From: Patescibacteria group bacterium
GTDB lineage: Bacteria; Patescibacteriota; Patescibacteriia; 2-01-FULL-39-33
Length of the DNA stretch: 32,000 bases
Assembly: GCA_041662745.1 (NCBI GenBank)
Contig: JBAZRV010000002.1
Coordinates: forward strand, 120,001-152,000
Direction of reading: 5' to 3'
Part shown: one piece after another, positions 10,073 through 19,503 of the stretch
How the letters are laid out: the number at the start of each line of letters is the position of its first letter
Numbering within the stretch: the first letter of the stretch is position 1
Program-made: the position numbers and the translations under genes
Notes under the pieces: model-generated
What the model was told of the DNA's origin: nothing
Seen by the model: only the letters and a program-made list of their open reading frames with translations
Databases searched by the model: none

Positions 10073-11221
10073 TTGAATATGAATTTTGATTTGTTTAATA
10101 CTTTAAAGAAATTATTGTCATTACCGCTGGCCGGTTGGTTAAGATTGGTTGGTCTTATTTTTATTCGTAAAACCACTAGCCGCGCAGTAGTAGTTTTTTA
10201 TAACGGCAAATTGGGTGATATGGTTTGCTTGACACCGGTGTTAGCCGCCTTAAAAAGTAATTATCCAAATCAGAAGCTGATCGTCTATGCCCGGAATAAT
10301 TTTTTAGATGTTTGGCAGAATAATCCCAATTTGGATGAAATTATAGGTTTCGCTGGGGAGCAAGAATCCGGCCGATTTAGTTGGTTAATTAAACAATGGC
10401 AACGATTAAACTCTTTTCAGATTACTGCTTATTATAATTTGATGAATAATTTCGAAGGTGGGATTTTGGGGTTAATGTTGGCGGCCGATTGCCATTATAC
10501 TGTTTCTACCGAGTTGGATGGCCGGTTATTACGTTTGCTTTATCATTTTTATTCAACGAACGAATATAAATTTGATTGTTTGATAAAAGATTTCTATTTT
10601 GAATGGCTGAAAAAAAATGGTTTGAAGATTGAGGGTAATTTGCGGAATCAACTTTTTTTTCCGGGTGATCAAGATGAGGTGGAAGATTTTTTTTCTGCCA
10701 ACTCTTTAGCCGGGCAAACGGTTATCAGCGTCATTATTTCTTCTGGTAAGGATTATAAAATTTGGCCTTTGAGCTATTGGTTGGAATTATTAAAAAGATT
10801 ACAGAATGAATATCAGCCGGTTTTTTTGCTGTTTGGGTTGAAAGAGGATGAAAATTATTTAGAACAGATCAAAACTGAGATTGGTGTTAATGTTTATTTA
10901 ATTTTGGGTAAAGATTTAGAAATTATTCCTTACTATTTAAAAAAAAGTCACTTGTTTATCGGCGTTGATACTGGCTTGTTGTATATGGCTGATGCTTTGT
11001 CAATTCCCGTGGTTGATATTTTGGGACCCTGTGATGATAATAACCAACGGCCGGAAAATACTTATCGCTTGGTGACTGATCGGGCCGTTTGCCGGCCGCA
11101 ATGCAAAATGTTGTACAATGCGCCGATTAATAAAACTGAAGTAGCGGCTTGTTTTTTAGCAATCAGGCCGGAACAAGTTTTCGGGGCTTGTCGGGATTTG
11201 TTATTATTAGTAATTAGGTAA
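10073..11221 (+). CDS. Family 9 glycosyltransferase (heptosyltransferase-like)
   Basis: GKLGDMVCLTPVLAALKSNYPNQKLIVYAR N-terminal motif and HLFIGVDTGLLYMADALSIPVVDILGP C-terminal motif. Confidence 0.88.
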   Translation: MNMNFDLFNTLKKLLSLPLAGWLRLVGLIFIRKTTSRAVVVFYNGKLGDMVCLTPVLAALKSNYPNQKLIVYARNNFLDVWQNNPNLDEIIGFAGEQESGRFSWLIKQWQRLNSFQITAYYNLMNNFEGGILGLMLAADCHYTVSTELDGRLLRLLYHFYSTNEYKFDCLIKDFYFEWLKKNGLKIEGNLRNQLFFPGDQDEVEDFFSANSLAGQTVISVIISSGKDYKIWPLSYWLELLKRLQNEYQPVFLLFGLKEDENYLEQIKTEIGVNVYLILGKDLEIIPYYLKKSHLFIGVDTGLLYMADALSIPVVDILGPCDDNNQRPENTYRLVTDRAVCRPQCKMLYNAPINKTEVAACFLAIRPEQVFGACRDLLLLVIR

Positions 11222-11238
11222 AATATTAATTAAAATAA

Positions 11239-12597
11239 ATGAAATTATTTTTTAATAAAATAAAATCAGTAATAAAAGCAGTTTGGGATTATTTTTGGAA
11301 ACTTAATTTTTTTCGCGATCTTTTATTTTTACAATGGGGCTCATTTTGGGATTTAGGCTTGTCGCTGATGGCTTCAGTTGTTTATGCCCACCTGTTGGGA
11401 GTCGGGACTTATGGCGATTACGCTTTGATTTTCGCCCTAGCCGCTTTAATCGGGTTATTTATGGATTGGGGGACTGGTTATGCCACCTTGACTTTACTTG
11501 CTGAAGCCTATACCAGAAAAAACCGTTCTGAGATTAAAGATATTATTACTTATTTTTTAAAGCTCAATTTGATTATTACGGTCACTTTCGGTTTGGTGGC
11601 AATAATTTTTACTCCGACTTTAGCGGGTTGGTTTTACCATAACCCACTGATTGGTCAGTTAGCCCGGTTGGTTATTATTGGCTCTATTTTTAAAATTTTC
11701 TTTTCCTTGCTTATCAATTTGTTGCAAGTCATGCGTAAAATTAAGTATTTGACGATAATTGAGAATGTAAATAAATTTTTTGCGGTTGTTTTGCCGGTTA
11801 TCCTGGTCTTAATGGGTTTTGGTTTGGCCGGCATTGTTTACGGCTATTTATTGACGATCATCGGCTCCATGGTTTTTTCTATTTTAGTTTATCGCAATTT
11901 TTCTCGACGCAATCCCTTGGTGCCTTCTTTCTCTGAAATCATTGATAATTTTTTTAAGGTTAAAATAAAAAAATATTTTAAATTCGGATTTATTTTGGCT
12001 ATAGATAAAAATTTGTCTAATTTATTCGGTATTTTGCCGCTGATAGTTTTGGGTTACTTGGCCGCTTCCACTGATGTAGCTAATTTAAAAATCGCCTTGG
12101 CTTATTTGGCCCTGCCGAATGGTTTTTTAAATCCGATCAGCCGCTTATTGCAAGTGCAGCTGCCTAAGGCCAAAGTCGCCGGCATCAAAGATTTAAAAGT
12201 TAATTTTTATAAATCATCTTTTTATGCCGGCACAATTTTCATTTTTCTGACTTTGGGATTTTTATTTTTCGCCCCGTTTTTGATTAAATTGGTTTATGGC
12301 AAGTCCTTTGCCGCCAGCGCTCAATTAGTCTATCCACTTAGTTTGAGCGTGATTTTTTCCGGTTTTGCAATCGGCTTCGGTTCCATTTATCGGACGATCA
12401 ATAAGAATATTTTTGCCATCGCTATCAATTCAGCCAGTATTCTATCCGGATTTATCGTGTTGTTTTTCGCCTTAAAATCGTTGTCTCCATTAAATAGCGT
12501 CGTCTTACTGATAGTCTATTGGTCTCTGTTTAATCTTATCAGCCATCTTCTTTACATCAGGGGCTACTTTTTAAAACTAAGTTCCCAAAAAATATGA
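11239..12597 (+). CDS. Oligosaccharide flippase, Wzx/MATE-like polysaccharide biosynthesis protein
   Basis: Many predicted TM helices. SVVYAHLLGVGTYGDYALIFALAALIGLFMDWG is typical of the family N-terminus. Confidence 0.88.
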   Translation: MKLFFNKIKSVIKAVWDYFWKLNFFRDLLFLQWGSFWDLGLSLMASVVYAHLLGVGTYGDYALIFALAALIGLFMDWGTGYATLTLLAEAYTRKNRSEIKDIITYFLKLNLIITVTFGLVAIIFTPTLAGWFYHNPLIGQLARLVIIGSIFKIFFSLLINLLQVMRKIKYLTIIENVNKFFAVVLPVILVLMGFGLAGIVYGYLLTIIGSMVFSILVYRNFSRRNPLVPSFSEIIDNFFKVKIKKYFKFGFILAIDKNLSNLFGILPLIVLGYLAASTDVANLKIALAYLALPNGFLNPISRLLQVQLPKAKVAGIKDLKVNFYKSSFYAGTIFIFLTLGFLFFAPFLIKLVYGKSFAASAQLVYPLSLSVIFSGFAIGFGSIYRTINKNIFAIAINSASILSGFIVLFFALKSLSPLNSVVLLIVYWSLFNLISHLLYIRGYFLKLSSQKI

Positions 12598-13763
12598 GGA
12601 TCGGCTTGGATTACATTAATGCACTAGGCGTGGGCGGGCTAAGCACCTACAGTCAGAATTTAATCGAAAGCTTGGCGTTGATTGATGAGGAAAACCAATA
12701 TTTTCTTGGCAATTATTGCCATGATTTTTTGCCTGGACGATCAAGGCAAAAATTCAACAATCCCAATTTTAAGCTGGCTCCAGTTTATGTAAGTCCGTTG
12801 GGCCTAAGTCTTCCGGAAAAGTTTATGGCGGCTGTTAATCGGCGATCAGTCAAACTAAATTATAAGCTGAGGCGATTGGATTTTTTTCATTTCACTAATC
12901 CCTTAAATTATGTTTTGGGCGTTAAATGCGGCATTGTAACGATTCATGATTTGGCCTTGTTGCATAATCGGACTTGGGCCAAGGATTATGTTGTTTCAGC
13001 TTTTGTTGATAATATCGGAAAAATCATCGGCGAATCAAAAAGGATTATTGCCGATTCCGAATTCACTAAGAATGACATTGTCAAGTTTTTCAGTACTGAT
13101 GAGAAAAAAATTTCCGTCATTCACTTGGCGGCATCCGCAAAATATTATCCGGATATTGACCGTGAATATTTGGCGGCTGAATTCGGCCTTAAAAATTTTA
13201 TTTTTTATGCCGGCCAATTGCAGCCAAGAAAAAATATCTTGCGATTGTTGGAGGCCTATAGTTTGTTGCCGAATGATTTAAAAGACAGGTATCAATTAAT
13301 TTTGGCCGGCCGGCCGCGCAACCAAGAATTTCTGTCGGAGATAAATAAGGCCTTAGAGCGATTTAATTTGGTCGGCCAGGTAAAGATCATGGGGTTTGTT
13401 TCAAACACAGATTTGCGGAAACTTTATAGTTGTGCTAAATTTTTTGTTTATCCGTCGCTATTTGAGGGTTTTGGTCTGCCGATTTTGGAAGCCTATAATT
13501 GCGGTACTCCGGTCATAACTTCCAACACTTCGTCTTTGCCGGAAGTGGCCGGGACTAAAGCGGCGATTTTAGTCGATCCGGAGGATGTCAAAACTTTGGG
13601 AGCGGCGATGGAAAAATTGTTGGTTGATCAGGAATTATACGAAAGTTTAAAAAGCCATGCCTTATTGGAAGCAAAAAAATTCAGTTGGCAGGCAACGGCA
13701 GAAAAAACCAAAGCCGTTTATGAAGATGTTTATCGGGAATTAAAACAAAATTATGGCCGTTAA
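12594..13763 (+). CDS. Family 4 glycosyltransferase
   Basis: ALGVGGLSTYSQNLIESL, TIHDLALL, FYAGQLQPRKNILRLLEAYSLL, YPSLFEGFGLPILEAYNCGTPVITSNTSSLPEVAG. ATGA overlap with the preceding gene. Confidence 0.95.
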   Translation: MRIGLDYINALGVGGLSTYSQNLIESLALIDEENQYFLGNYCHDFLPGRSRQKFNNPNFKLAPVYVSPLGLSLPEKFMAAVNRRSVKLNYKLRRLDFFHFTNPLNYVLGVKCGIVTIHDLALLHNRTWAKDYVVSAFVDNIGKIIGESKRIIADSEFTKNDIVKFFSTDEKKISVIHLAASAKYYPDIDREYLAAEFGLKNFIFYAGQLQPRKNILRLLEAYSLLPNDLKDRYQLILAGRPRNQEFLSEINKALERFNLVGQVKIMGFVSNTDLRKLYSCAKFFVYPSLFEGFGLPILEAYNCGTPVITSNTSSLPEVAGTKAAILVDPEDVKTLGAAMEKLLVDQELYESLKSHALLEAKKFSWQATAEKTKAVYEDVYRELKQNYGR

Positions 13764-14709
13764 TTATCCTAAAGTGGACATTATAATTTGCTCGTATCGC
13801 AACAAGGATTTGACAGCTAAATGCCTTGACTCTTTGCTTAATTCTATTTATACTGATTATAGAATTATTTTAGTTGATGACGATTCGCCGGACGATTCCG
13901 TTGCTTTTTTTAAACAAAATTATCCGACTATCACTATTATTGAAAACTCGATTAATTTAGGCGCCGCCCTGGCCCGCAATGTAGGTATTGATGCCGGTCA
14001 AGCCGAATACGTGGTTACAATGGATAACGATGCTTCACTTTCGCCAGCTTGGCTTGGACAAATGGTGGAATTGATGGATGCTGACAAAACAATCGGCCAG
14101 GCGGTTGGCAAAATTTTATTTGCTGATAAACCGGACATAATTGCCGCCGCCGGAGGCAGTATGTTTTTTCGCGGTAAAGGATATGACATCGGACAAGGGA
14201 ATGACGCTAATGATGCCAAATATAATCAGCCGAGGAACGTGTTGTTTGCCTGCAGTGCCGCCATGATTGTCCGGCGTGAGATTTTGCAAGCCGTGGGTGG
14301 ATTTTATGGCGGTTTTTTCCATGGTTATGAAGATGTTGATTTATCATTAAGAATAAATATTGCCGGTTACCGTGTTTTCTATTATCCTTCGGCAACCAGC
14401 TATCATTTGATAAGTGCTACGATTGCTGACACGATTAAGCGGCGGCACAGCACTTATTTGTTTATGCGCAATCGTCTTTTAATCATGCTGAGGAATTATG
14501 AATTAAAAAGCTTAGTGAAGTATTTGCCGCTTAATCTGCGTTTTAATTTAAGATTATGCCTTGACAATCGGGAAAACATTTGGCCTTTTATCCTTAGTCA
14601 CTTTTCCTTTATCAGGGAAATTCCTAATATTATCCGAGCGCGCCGTTTATTAAATAAAATTAGAACCGCAACCGACCGGCAACTGGAATCATTATTTAAT
14701 CTTGATTAA
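13753..14709 (+). CDS. Family 2 glycosyltransferase (rhamnosyltransferase-like)
   Basis: VDIIICSYRNKDLTAKCLDSLLNSIYTDYRIILVDDDSPDDS, MDNDASLSPAWLGQMV, HGYEDVDLSLRI. Confidence 0.93.
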   Translation: MAVNYPKVDIIICSYRNKDLTAKCLDSLLNSIYTDYRIILVDDDSPDDSVAFFKQNYPTITIIENSINLGAALARNVGIDAGQAEYVVTMDNDASLSPAWLGQMVELMDADKTIGQAVGKILFADKPDIIAAAGGSMFFRGKGYDIGQGNDANDAKYNQPRNVLFACSAAMIVRREILQAVGGFYGGFFHGYEDVDLSLRINIAGYRVFYYPSATSYHLISATIADTIKRRHSTYLFMRNRLLIMLRNYELKSLVKYLPLNLRFNLRLCLDNRENIWPFILSHFSFIREIPNIIRARRLLNKIRTATDRQLESLFNLD

Positions 14710-14717
14710 ATTTTATT

Positions 14718-15806
14718 ATGAATCTTTATACTAGACTAAAAATAATTAAACAAAATTGGCCAATAGGCAAGTTCTATTTTTATCATCTATTTAGGCGGGA
14801 TTGGCCGCTTTATAGTTTGATTTTTCAAGTAACCAATCAATGCAACTCTCGTTGCCTAATGTGTTTTAATTGGCAAATTATCAATACGGAGACCGATGAG
14901 CTTTCTTTGGCGGAAATAGAAAAATTTTCTAAAAGCATCGGTACTGTCAGTAGTGTTATTCTGGGCGGCGGCGAACCTTGTTTGCGTGTTGATCTGCCGG
15001 AAATCTGCAAAATTCTTTATCAAAGCGGCGTCACTAAGAAAATTGTTTTGCCGACTAATTGCCTATTGCCGGATTTGATAATCGATCAGACTAAAAAAAT
15101 ATTAGAAATCGCCCCGGTTAAATTGAAAGTTGTTTTATCTTTAGACGGAATCGGAAATGTTCATGATGAAATTCGCGGCATTCAAGGCAATTTTGAAAAA
15201 TTTATTGATACTTACAACCGTCTGGAAGAAATATCTCACACCCATGATTTATTGCAGGTTAGCGTCAACACTACGATTTCTGACAAAAATCAGGATAATA
15301 TTTCGGCGATTATTGATTATATTGATCAGCATCTCAAATTCAAATATCATACCGCCGAAGTTATCCGCGGCACATTTGATAAGGCTAAAATTGGACCGCC
15401 GGCCCTGGCTAAATACGAAGAATTAATTGATCAAACTTTACTCAAGAGCCAAACCACCGATCGTGATCCGGCGCATAAATTATTCTATGCCTATTATCAT
15501 AAATTGGCGCTAAAAATGATGAAGCGGAAGAAACAAATTTTGCCTTGCCGTTCCTCCTCTTTTTTTCCGGTGATTGACGCTTGGGGTAATGTTTATAATT
15601 GTGAGATGCTGCCTAAATTGGGAAATTTAAGGGGTTATGATTACGATTTAAAGAAAATTTGGCATTCTCCGACCGCTCAAAACCAGCGTCACAATATTAG
15701 AAATAAAAAATGCTGGTGTACCCATTATTGCTATCAATCACCAAACATTTTAATAAGTCCTTGGCATCTGTTCAAGGCGGTTTTTGGCGATTATTTTTTC
15801 AAATAA
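14718..15806 (+). CDS. Radical SAM protein with SPASM/twitch-like C-terminus
   Basis: FQVTNQCNSRCLMCFNW (CxxxCxxC), ILGGGEPCL, C-terminal Cys-rich tail CRSSSFFPVIDAWGNVYNCEMLPKLGNL...CWCTHYCYQ. Confidence 0.9.
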   Translation: MNLYTRLKIIKQNWPIGKFYFYHLFRRDWPLYSLIFQVTNQCNSRCLMCFNWQIINTETDELSLAEIEKFSKSIGTVSSVILGGGEPCLRVDLPEICKILYQSGVTKKIVLPTNCLLPDLIIDQTKKILEIAPVKLKVVLSLDGIGNVHDEIRGIQGNFEKFIDTYNRLEEISHTHDLLQVSVNTTISDKNQDNISAIIDYIDQHLKFKYHTAEVIRGTFDKAKIGPPALAKYEELIDQTLLKSQTTDRDPAHKLFYAYYHKLALKMMKRKKQILPCRSSSFFPVIDAWGNVYNCEMLPKLGNLRGYDYDLKKIWHSPTAQNQRHNIRNKKCWCTHYCYQSPNILISPWHLFKAVFGDYFFK

Positions 15807-15830
15807 ACTATTGGCCGCTATTTTAAACTT

Positions 15831-17603
15831 ATGGTTGGATTAAAAAAAACGGCAGTTGCTTTTTTAAAAGATAATTATTTAATAATTTCAATCTTGGGTT
15901 TAGGATTGCTGATTCGGCTGTGGGGCGTGGCGAACGACTTGCCGATGATTTCTACGGTCGCCGATGAATCATTGATGATTTTTCCAAGTATTGGCATGCT
16001 GGCTCGGCATAGCTTTATTCCGGAAGCGACTTTAGGCACTTATTTCCCTTTTCTTCATTATGTGTATATTGTTGCTTTTTTGCCGCATATATTTTGGCTG
16101 TTCATTGTTAACGGCTTTAGCTTTTTAGCCGTTGAAAAATCGATTATTTTTGATTTATCGGGGTTAACATTAATGGCTAGGCTATCCTCGATTTTAATGG
16201 GTACGGCGACTATCTGGCTAATTTATGCGATTAGTCTAAAAATCTTCAAACGCCAGTTGCCGGCTTATTTAGCTGCTCTTTTCTTCGCTTTGGATCCGCT
16301 CAATGTCGCTTTAAGCCATGTAGCAAGGGTGTGGGGTCCGCAGACTTTCTTTATTTATTTGTCATTATATTTTTCTTTGCGTTATTTTGGAGATCAGGAT
16401 CAAAAGGTGAAGGTTAGAGGATATTTGATTACGGCTATTTTCATACTTTTATCCATCGGCGTTAACCCGCCCGGGATCTTTGCTTATTTTTTATGGCTGA
16501 TAATTATAGCTGTTTATCGTTTTAATTTAGATTGGAAAAAATATTTTAAATTTTTATTTAGTAAACCCTCGATTTTTTTCCATGGTATATTATTATTGGG
16601 TGGTGCCGCCATCTTATCGCTGGCCAGCGGTTCTTTGATTTTATTGTATAAAGACGCCTATTCTGTTTTTTTTGATGCCGGCAGCAGCGCAGTGATTTCC
16701 GGACACACAGTTACTCGTTCTGTCTTGCCGCTTTGGCAAAAAATTCTTTTATCGTTCAATACTTTTTGGCAGTATGAAAGCGTGGCGATTATTCTTTTTA
16801 TTCCCGCATTATTCCTGATTTTTAGGAAAGATAAGAAACTTTTTTTCTTTTTGTCCTTGTCTTTTTTGGTATTTTTTATTTGTCTGAATCCGCCTTTGAT
16901 AAATTTTGTTCGAGCTCGATACTTGGCGACGATGATGCCGTTTATCGTCTTGCCGGCCGCTTGGCTGTCGGCGGAAATATTCCTTCGGCTAAAAAATAAA
17001 AACTTTTTATTAGCCTTAATATTCATCGGGCTAATTGCGGCACCGGCGTTATTTTTGGATTTACGAAATGACTATTTATTGGCGCGAAGCAGCTCTAACT
17101 TGGATCTTTATTATTGGCTGAAGGATAATTTAAAAGCTGATGAGCGAGCCTTTATTTTCGGCAACTATTTGTCTCAAGATCTTTTGCCTAGTCGAGAATT
17201 ATTAGCCCAGATCAAAAAGTCGGCTCCGGATTATTATTCGGCACGATTCAAATATTTGTCAGATAACAAGTCCGGGGACTGGGCGGGTTATAATCTTTAC
17301 TCGGAAGGTTTTTTATGCCGGTTTTCGCCGGAGCAAATTAAGCAGTTAAAATTTAAATATTTGATAATTTCAGAGAATTCAGATTTAGAAATCAATTTAG
17401 CCGAATTTAAGATTTGTGGTTTAATACCAGTTGATTTATTTAACAGCAATCCGGTTTTTATTCGAGATACTGCTCCGTTTTACAAATATTCCCTTACTGA
17501 TTCCTACTACATCGACGGCAATCTTTTTGCGGAAAGCTATAAGCCGTTGCTGTCAATAAAACAATTCGGGCCGCGAATTAGAGTTTATCAAATTAATCAA
17601 TAA
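15831..17603 (+). CDS. GT-C-like (PMT/ArnT-type, GT39/83-like) integral membrane glycosyltransferase
   Basis: Multiple TM segments. N-terminal TVADESLMI acidic loop, HVARVWGPQTFFIYLSLYFSLRYF, soluble C-terminal domain after the last TM helix. Confidence 0.72.
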   Translation: MVGLKKTAVAFLKDNYLIISILGLGLLIRLWGVANDLPMISTVADESLMIFPSIGMLARHSFIPEATLGTYFPFLHYVYIVAFLPHIFWLFIVNGFSFLAVEKSIIFDLSGLTLMARLSSILMGTATIWLIYAISLKIFKRQLPAYLAALFFALDPLNVALSHVARVWGPQTFFIYLSLYFSLRYFGDQDQKVKVRGYLITAIFILLSIGVNPPGIFAYFLWLIIIAVYRFNLDWKKYFKFLFSKPSIFFHGILLLGGAAILSLASGSLILLYKDAYSVFFDAGSSAVISGHTVTRSVLPLWQKILLSFNTFWQYESVAIILFIPALFLIFRKDKKLFFFLSLSFLVFFICLNPPLINFVRARYLATMMPFIVLPAAWLSAEIFLRLKNKNFLLALIFIGLIAAPALFLDLRNDYLLARSSSNLDLYYWLKDNLKADERAFIFGNYLSQDLLPSRELLAQIKKSAPDYYSARFKYLSDNKSGDWAGYNLYSEGFLCRFSPEQIKQLKFKYLIISENSDLEINLAEFKICGLIPVDLFNSNPVFIRDTAPFYKYSLTDSYYIDGNLFAESYKPLLSIKQFGPRIRVYQINQ

Positions 17604-17606
17604 AAT

Positions 17607-19331
17607 ATGAATAAATTTGTCCTCACTCCGCTTTGGAAACGGTTGCTATTTAGTCTTTTTTTAATCTTTGCCTTTTTATCGGCAGTCGGTTTTTGGTATT
17701 CCCCGGTGCTGTTTAAAGGTTATTCAACCGAATCAATAGGTGAGGGGATAATCTTAGCCAGAAATTATGTTAAAAGTGGCACTTTGGGGATAGAGAATGA
17801 TTTGAATGTGGTGGTGGCTTCTGATTTAGCCAAGACTTCTGTGCATAACAGTTATATCAGCAACGGTTTTAATGCTATTTCCGATGTGGCTATTTTTAAA
17901 TTGTTCGGCTGGCAAAGTTGGAATAATTTAGTTTTGATTTCGGTGGTTATTTATGCTTTAAGTTTGGTATTTCTGGCCATAACAACTTATTGTTTATTTG
18001 GCTTTCCAATCGCCGTGATTTTTTCTTTGGTGTATATTTTGTTGCCTTTTAGCGGCCAAACTGCCAGAGCCGTCAGTTTATATGAATTCGCTCAATTATA
18101 CTTATCTTTATTTATTTTATTTTTCTTCCTTGGCCGCGGTAAGAAATTTTATTATTTGTATTTGGCGATAGCCGGGGTCTTTTTAAGCCTAGCCTGTTTG
18201 TCCCGAGAAACTTTTTTTATATTTTTGCCCATCTTGTTTATTTGGCTGGTTATTTCCGGCAAGAAAAAAGAATTGCTTAGCCTGTTTATTCCAATCGGCT
18301 TGATCCTGTCATTTTTTTGGCTGCCCTCGATGATTGGGCCGGGTAGCGGCAATACTTATGCCAGCCTGTTTGTGGCTCAAGATCAGAATCAAAGCCAGTG
18401 GTCGGAATTTGATTCTTATGGTCATATTTATCCCGATCCCTACACTTTTCATTTTGACCGTCAACAGGTAATTGATCAGATAAATACTGATTTAAAAAAT
18501 AACAATTCCAGTTTTTTATATAAAATCGATCGTTTAAAAGTCGGCAAGAATTCCGGCATTATTGATATCGGAATTTTGGAGCGGTTAGTAGTTGGAACTT
18601 CTATTTTAATCGCTCATTTGTCAAAATTTTTAGCGATTGAATTTATCGGCGGACCGATTATTTTCATTTTAATATGCTTAGGCTTATTGGAGCTGAAGAA
18701 AAAAAACATCAGTTTATATTATTTATTTTTATCATGGCTGGTTGGATCGGTGGTGTTAATGAGTTATGTTGTTTTGTCCAGCCGAAGCCATTTGATGGAT
18801 TTTACTTGGCCGATTGCCGTTTTAAGCGCTTTGGGTTTGGCGGGTTTGGTTAAATCAATAACCGATCATTACCAATTTAAAAAATATTCCAGCTTGGTCT
18901 CTTTAGGTTTAATCGTCTTAACGCTGTATAGTTTAGTGGTGGCTAGCCATGTGTATTTAGGGCGAAGTTATGATGACAATAGGAATTTAGTTTTGGATTA
19001 TTTGGCCCAAAAAATTAATGAAAGGAATATCGGTTCAACCGAAGTCATTGCCGTCGGTGAAAGAACCGCTCATCCCATCTTAAATTATTTGACTGATAAA
19101 TCAATCGTTTATTTTGATCCGGCTACCATTAAAAAAATGGCCCAGACTGGCAATTTACAACAGGCTTTTGATAAATTCAATGTTAAATACGTGGTTGGCT
19201 TTAATAGTTCGACAAGTGATTTGATAACTCAAAAAAGCCAAGCCGTCAATATTGCCGTTTGGCCGGAAACTGGCTTTTTGGAACAGCCGGTCGGCTTTAA
19301 TAAGATGTGGCTGCTTAATATTATCAAATAG
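17607..19331 (+). CDS. Polytopic membrane protein, probable GT-C glycosyltransferase-like
   Basis: About 10 TM segments. SLACLSRETFFIFLPILFIWLVI, and a C-terminal soluble domain (YLAQKINERNIGSTEVIAVGER...). Confidence 0.62.
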   Translation: MNKFVLTPLWKRLLFSLFLIFAFLSAVGFWYSPVLFKGYSTESIGEGIILARNYVKSGTLGIENDLNVVVASDLAKTSVHNSYISNGFNAISDVAIFKLFGWQSWNNLVLISVVIYALSLVFLAITTYCLFGFPIAVIFSLVYILLPFSGQTARAVSLYEFAQLYLSLFILFFFLGRGKKFYYLYLAIAGVFLSLACLSRETFFIFLPILFIWLVISGKKKELLSLFIPIGLILSFFWLPSMIGPGSGNTYASLFVAQDQNQSQWSEFDSYGHIYPDPYTFHFDRQQVIDQINTDLKNNNSSFLYKIDRLKVGKNSGIIDIGILERLVVGTSILIAHLSKFLAIEFIGGPIIFILICLGLLELKKKNISLYYLFLSWLVGSVVLMSYVVLSSRSHLMDFTWPIAVLSALGLAGLVKSITDHYQFKKYSSLVSLGLIVLTLYSLVVASHVYLGRSYDDNRNLVLDYLAQKINERNIGSTEVIAVGERTAHPILNYLTDKSIVYFDPATIKKMAQTGNLQQAFDKFNVKYVVGFNSSTSDLITQKSQAVNIAVWPETGFLEQPVGFNKMWLLNIIK

Positions 19332-19372
19332 CCGAAGGAAGCGGCAGGAGATAAAATGAAATTATAACTGGC

Positions 19373-19401
19373 TTGATTTTTTGTTAGTTTTTAGTTAAAA
19401 T
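19373..19401 (+). promoter_or_regulatory. Candidate sigma70-type promoter upstream of the 19504 radical SAM gene
   Basis: TTGATT (19373-19378), 17 nt spacer, TAAAAT (19396-19401), in the only long gap (172 nt) of the + strand run. Confidence 0.5.
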
Positions 19402-19503
19402 ATGTCTAAGCTTGGGGCAATAAATTGGCAAGATTTTGATTCCTAACCGGGCGCGTTTAAGAAGTTTTATTTGAAAGCTTGAATGATTTCAGGCTTTAAA
19501 TCT

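Noticed and set aside
19402-19446. Possible 14-codon leader peptide MSKLGAINWQDFDS upstream of 19504
   Set aside because: Its ATG falls immediately after the candidate -10, so it would be at or upstream of the likely transcription start. No repeated regulatory codons or attenuator hairpin are evident.
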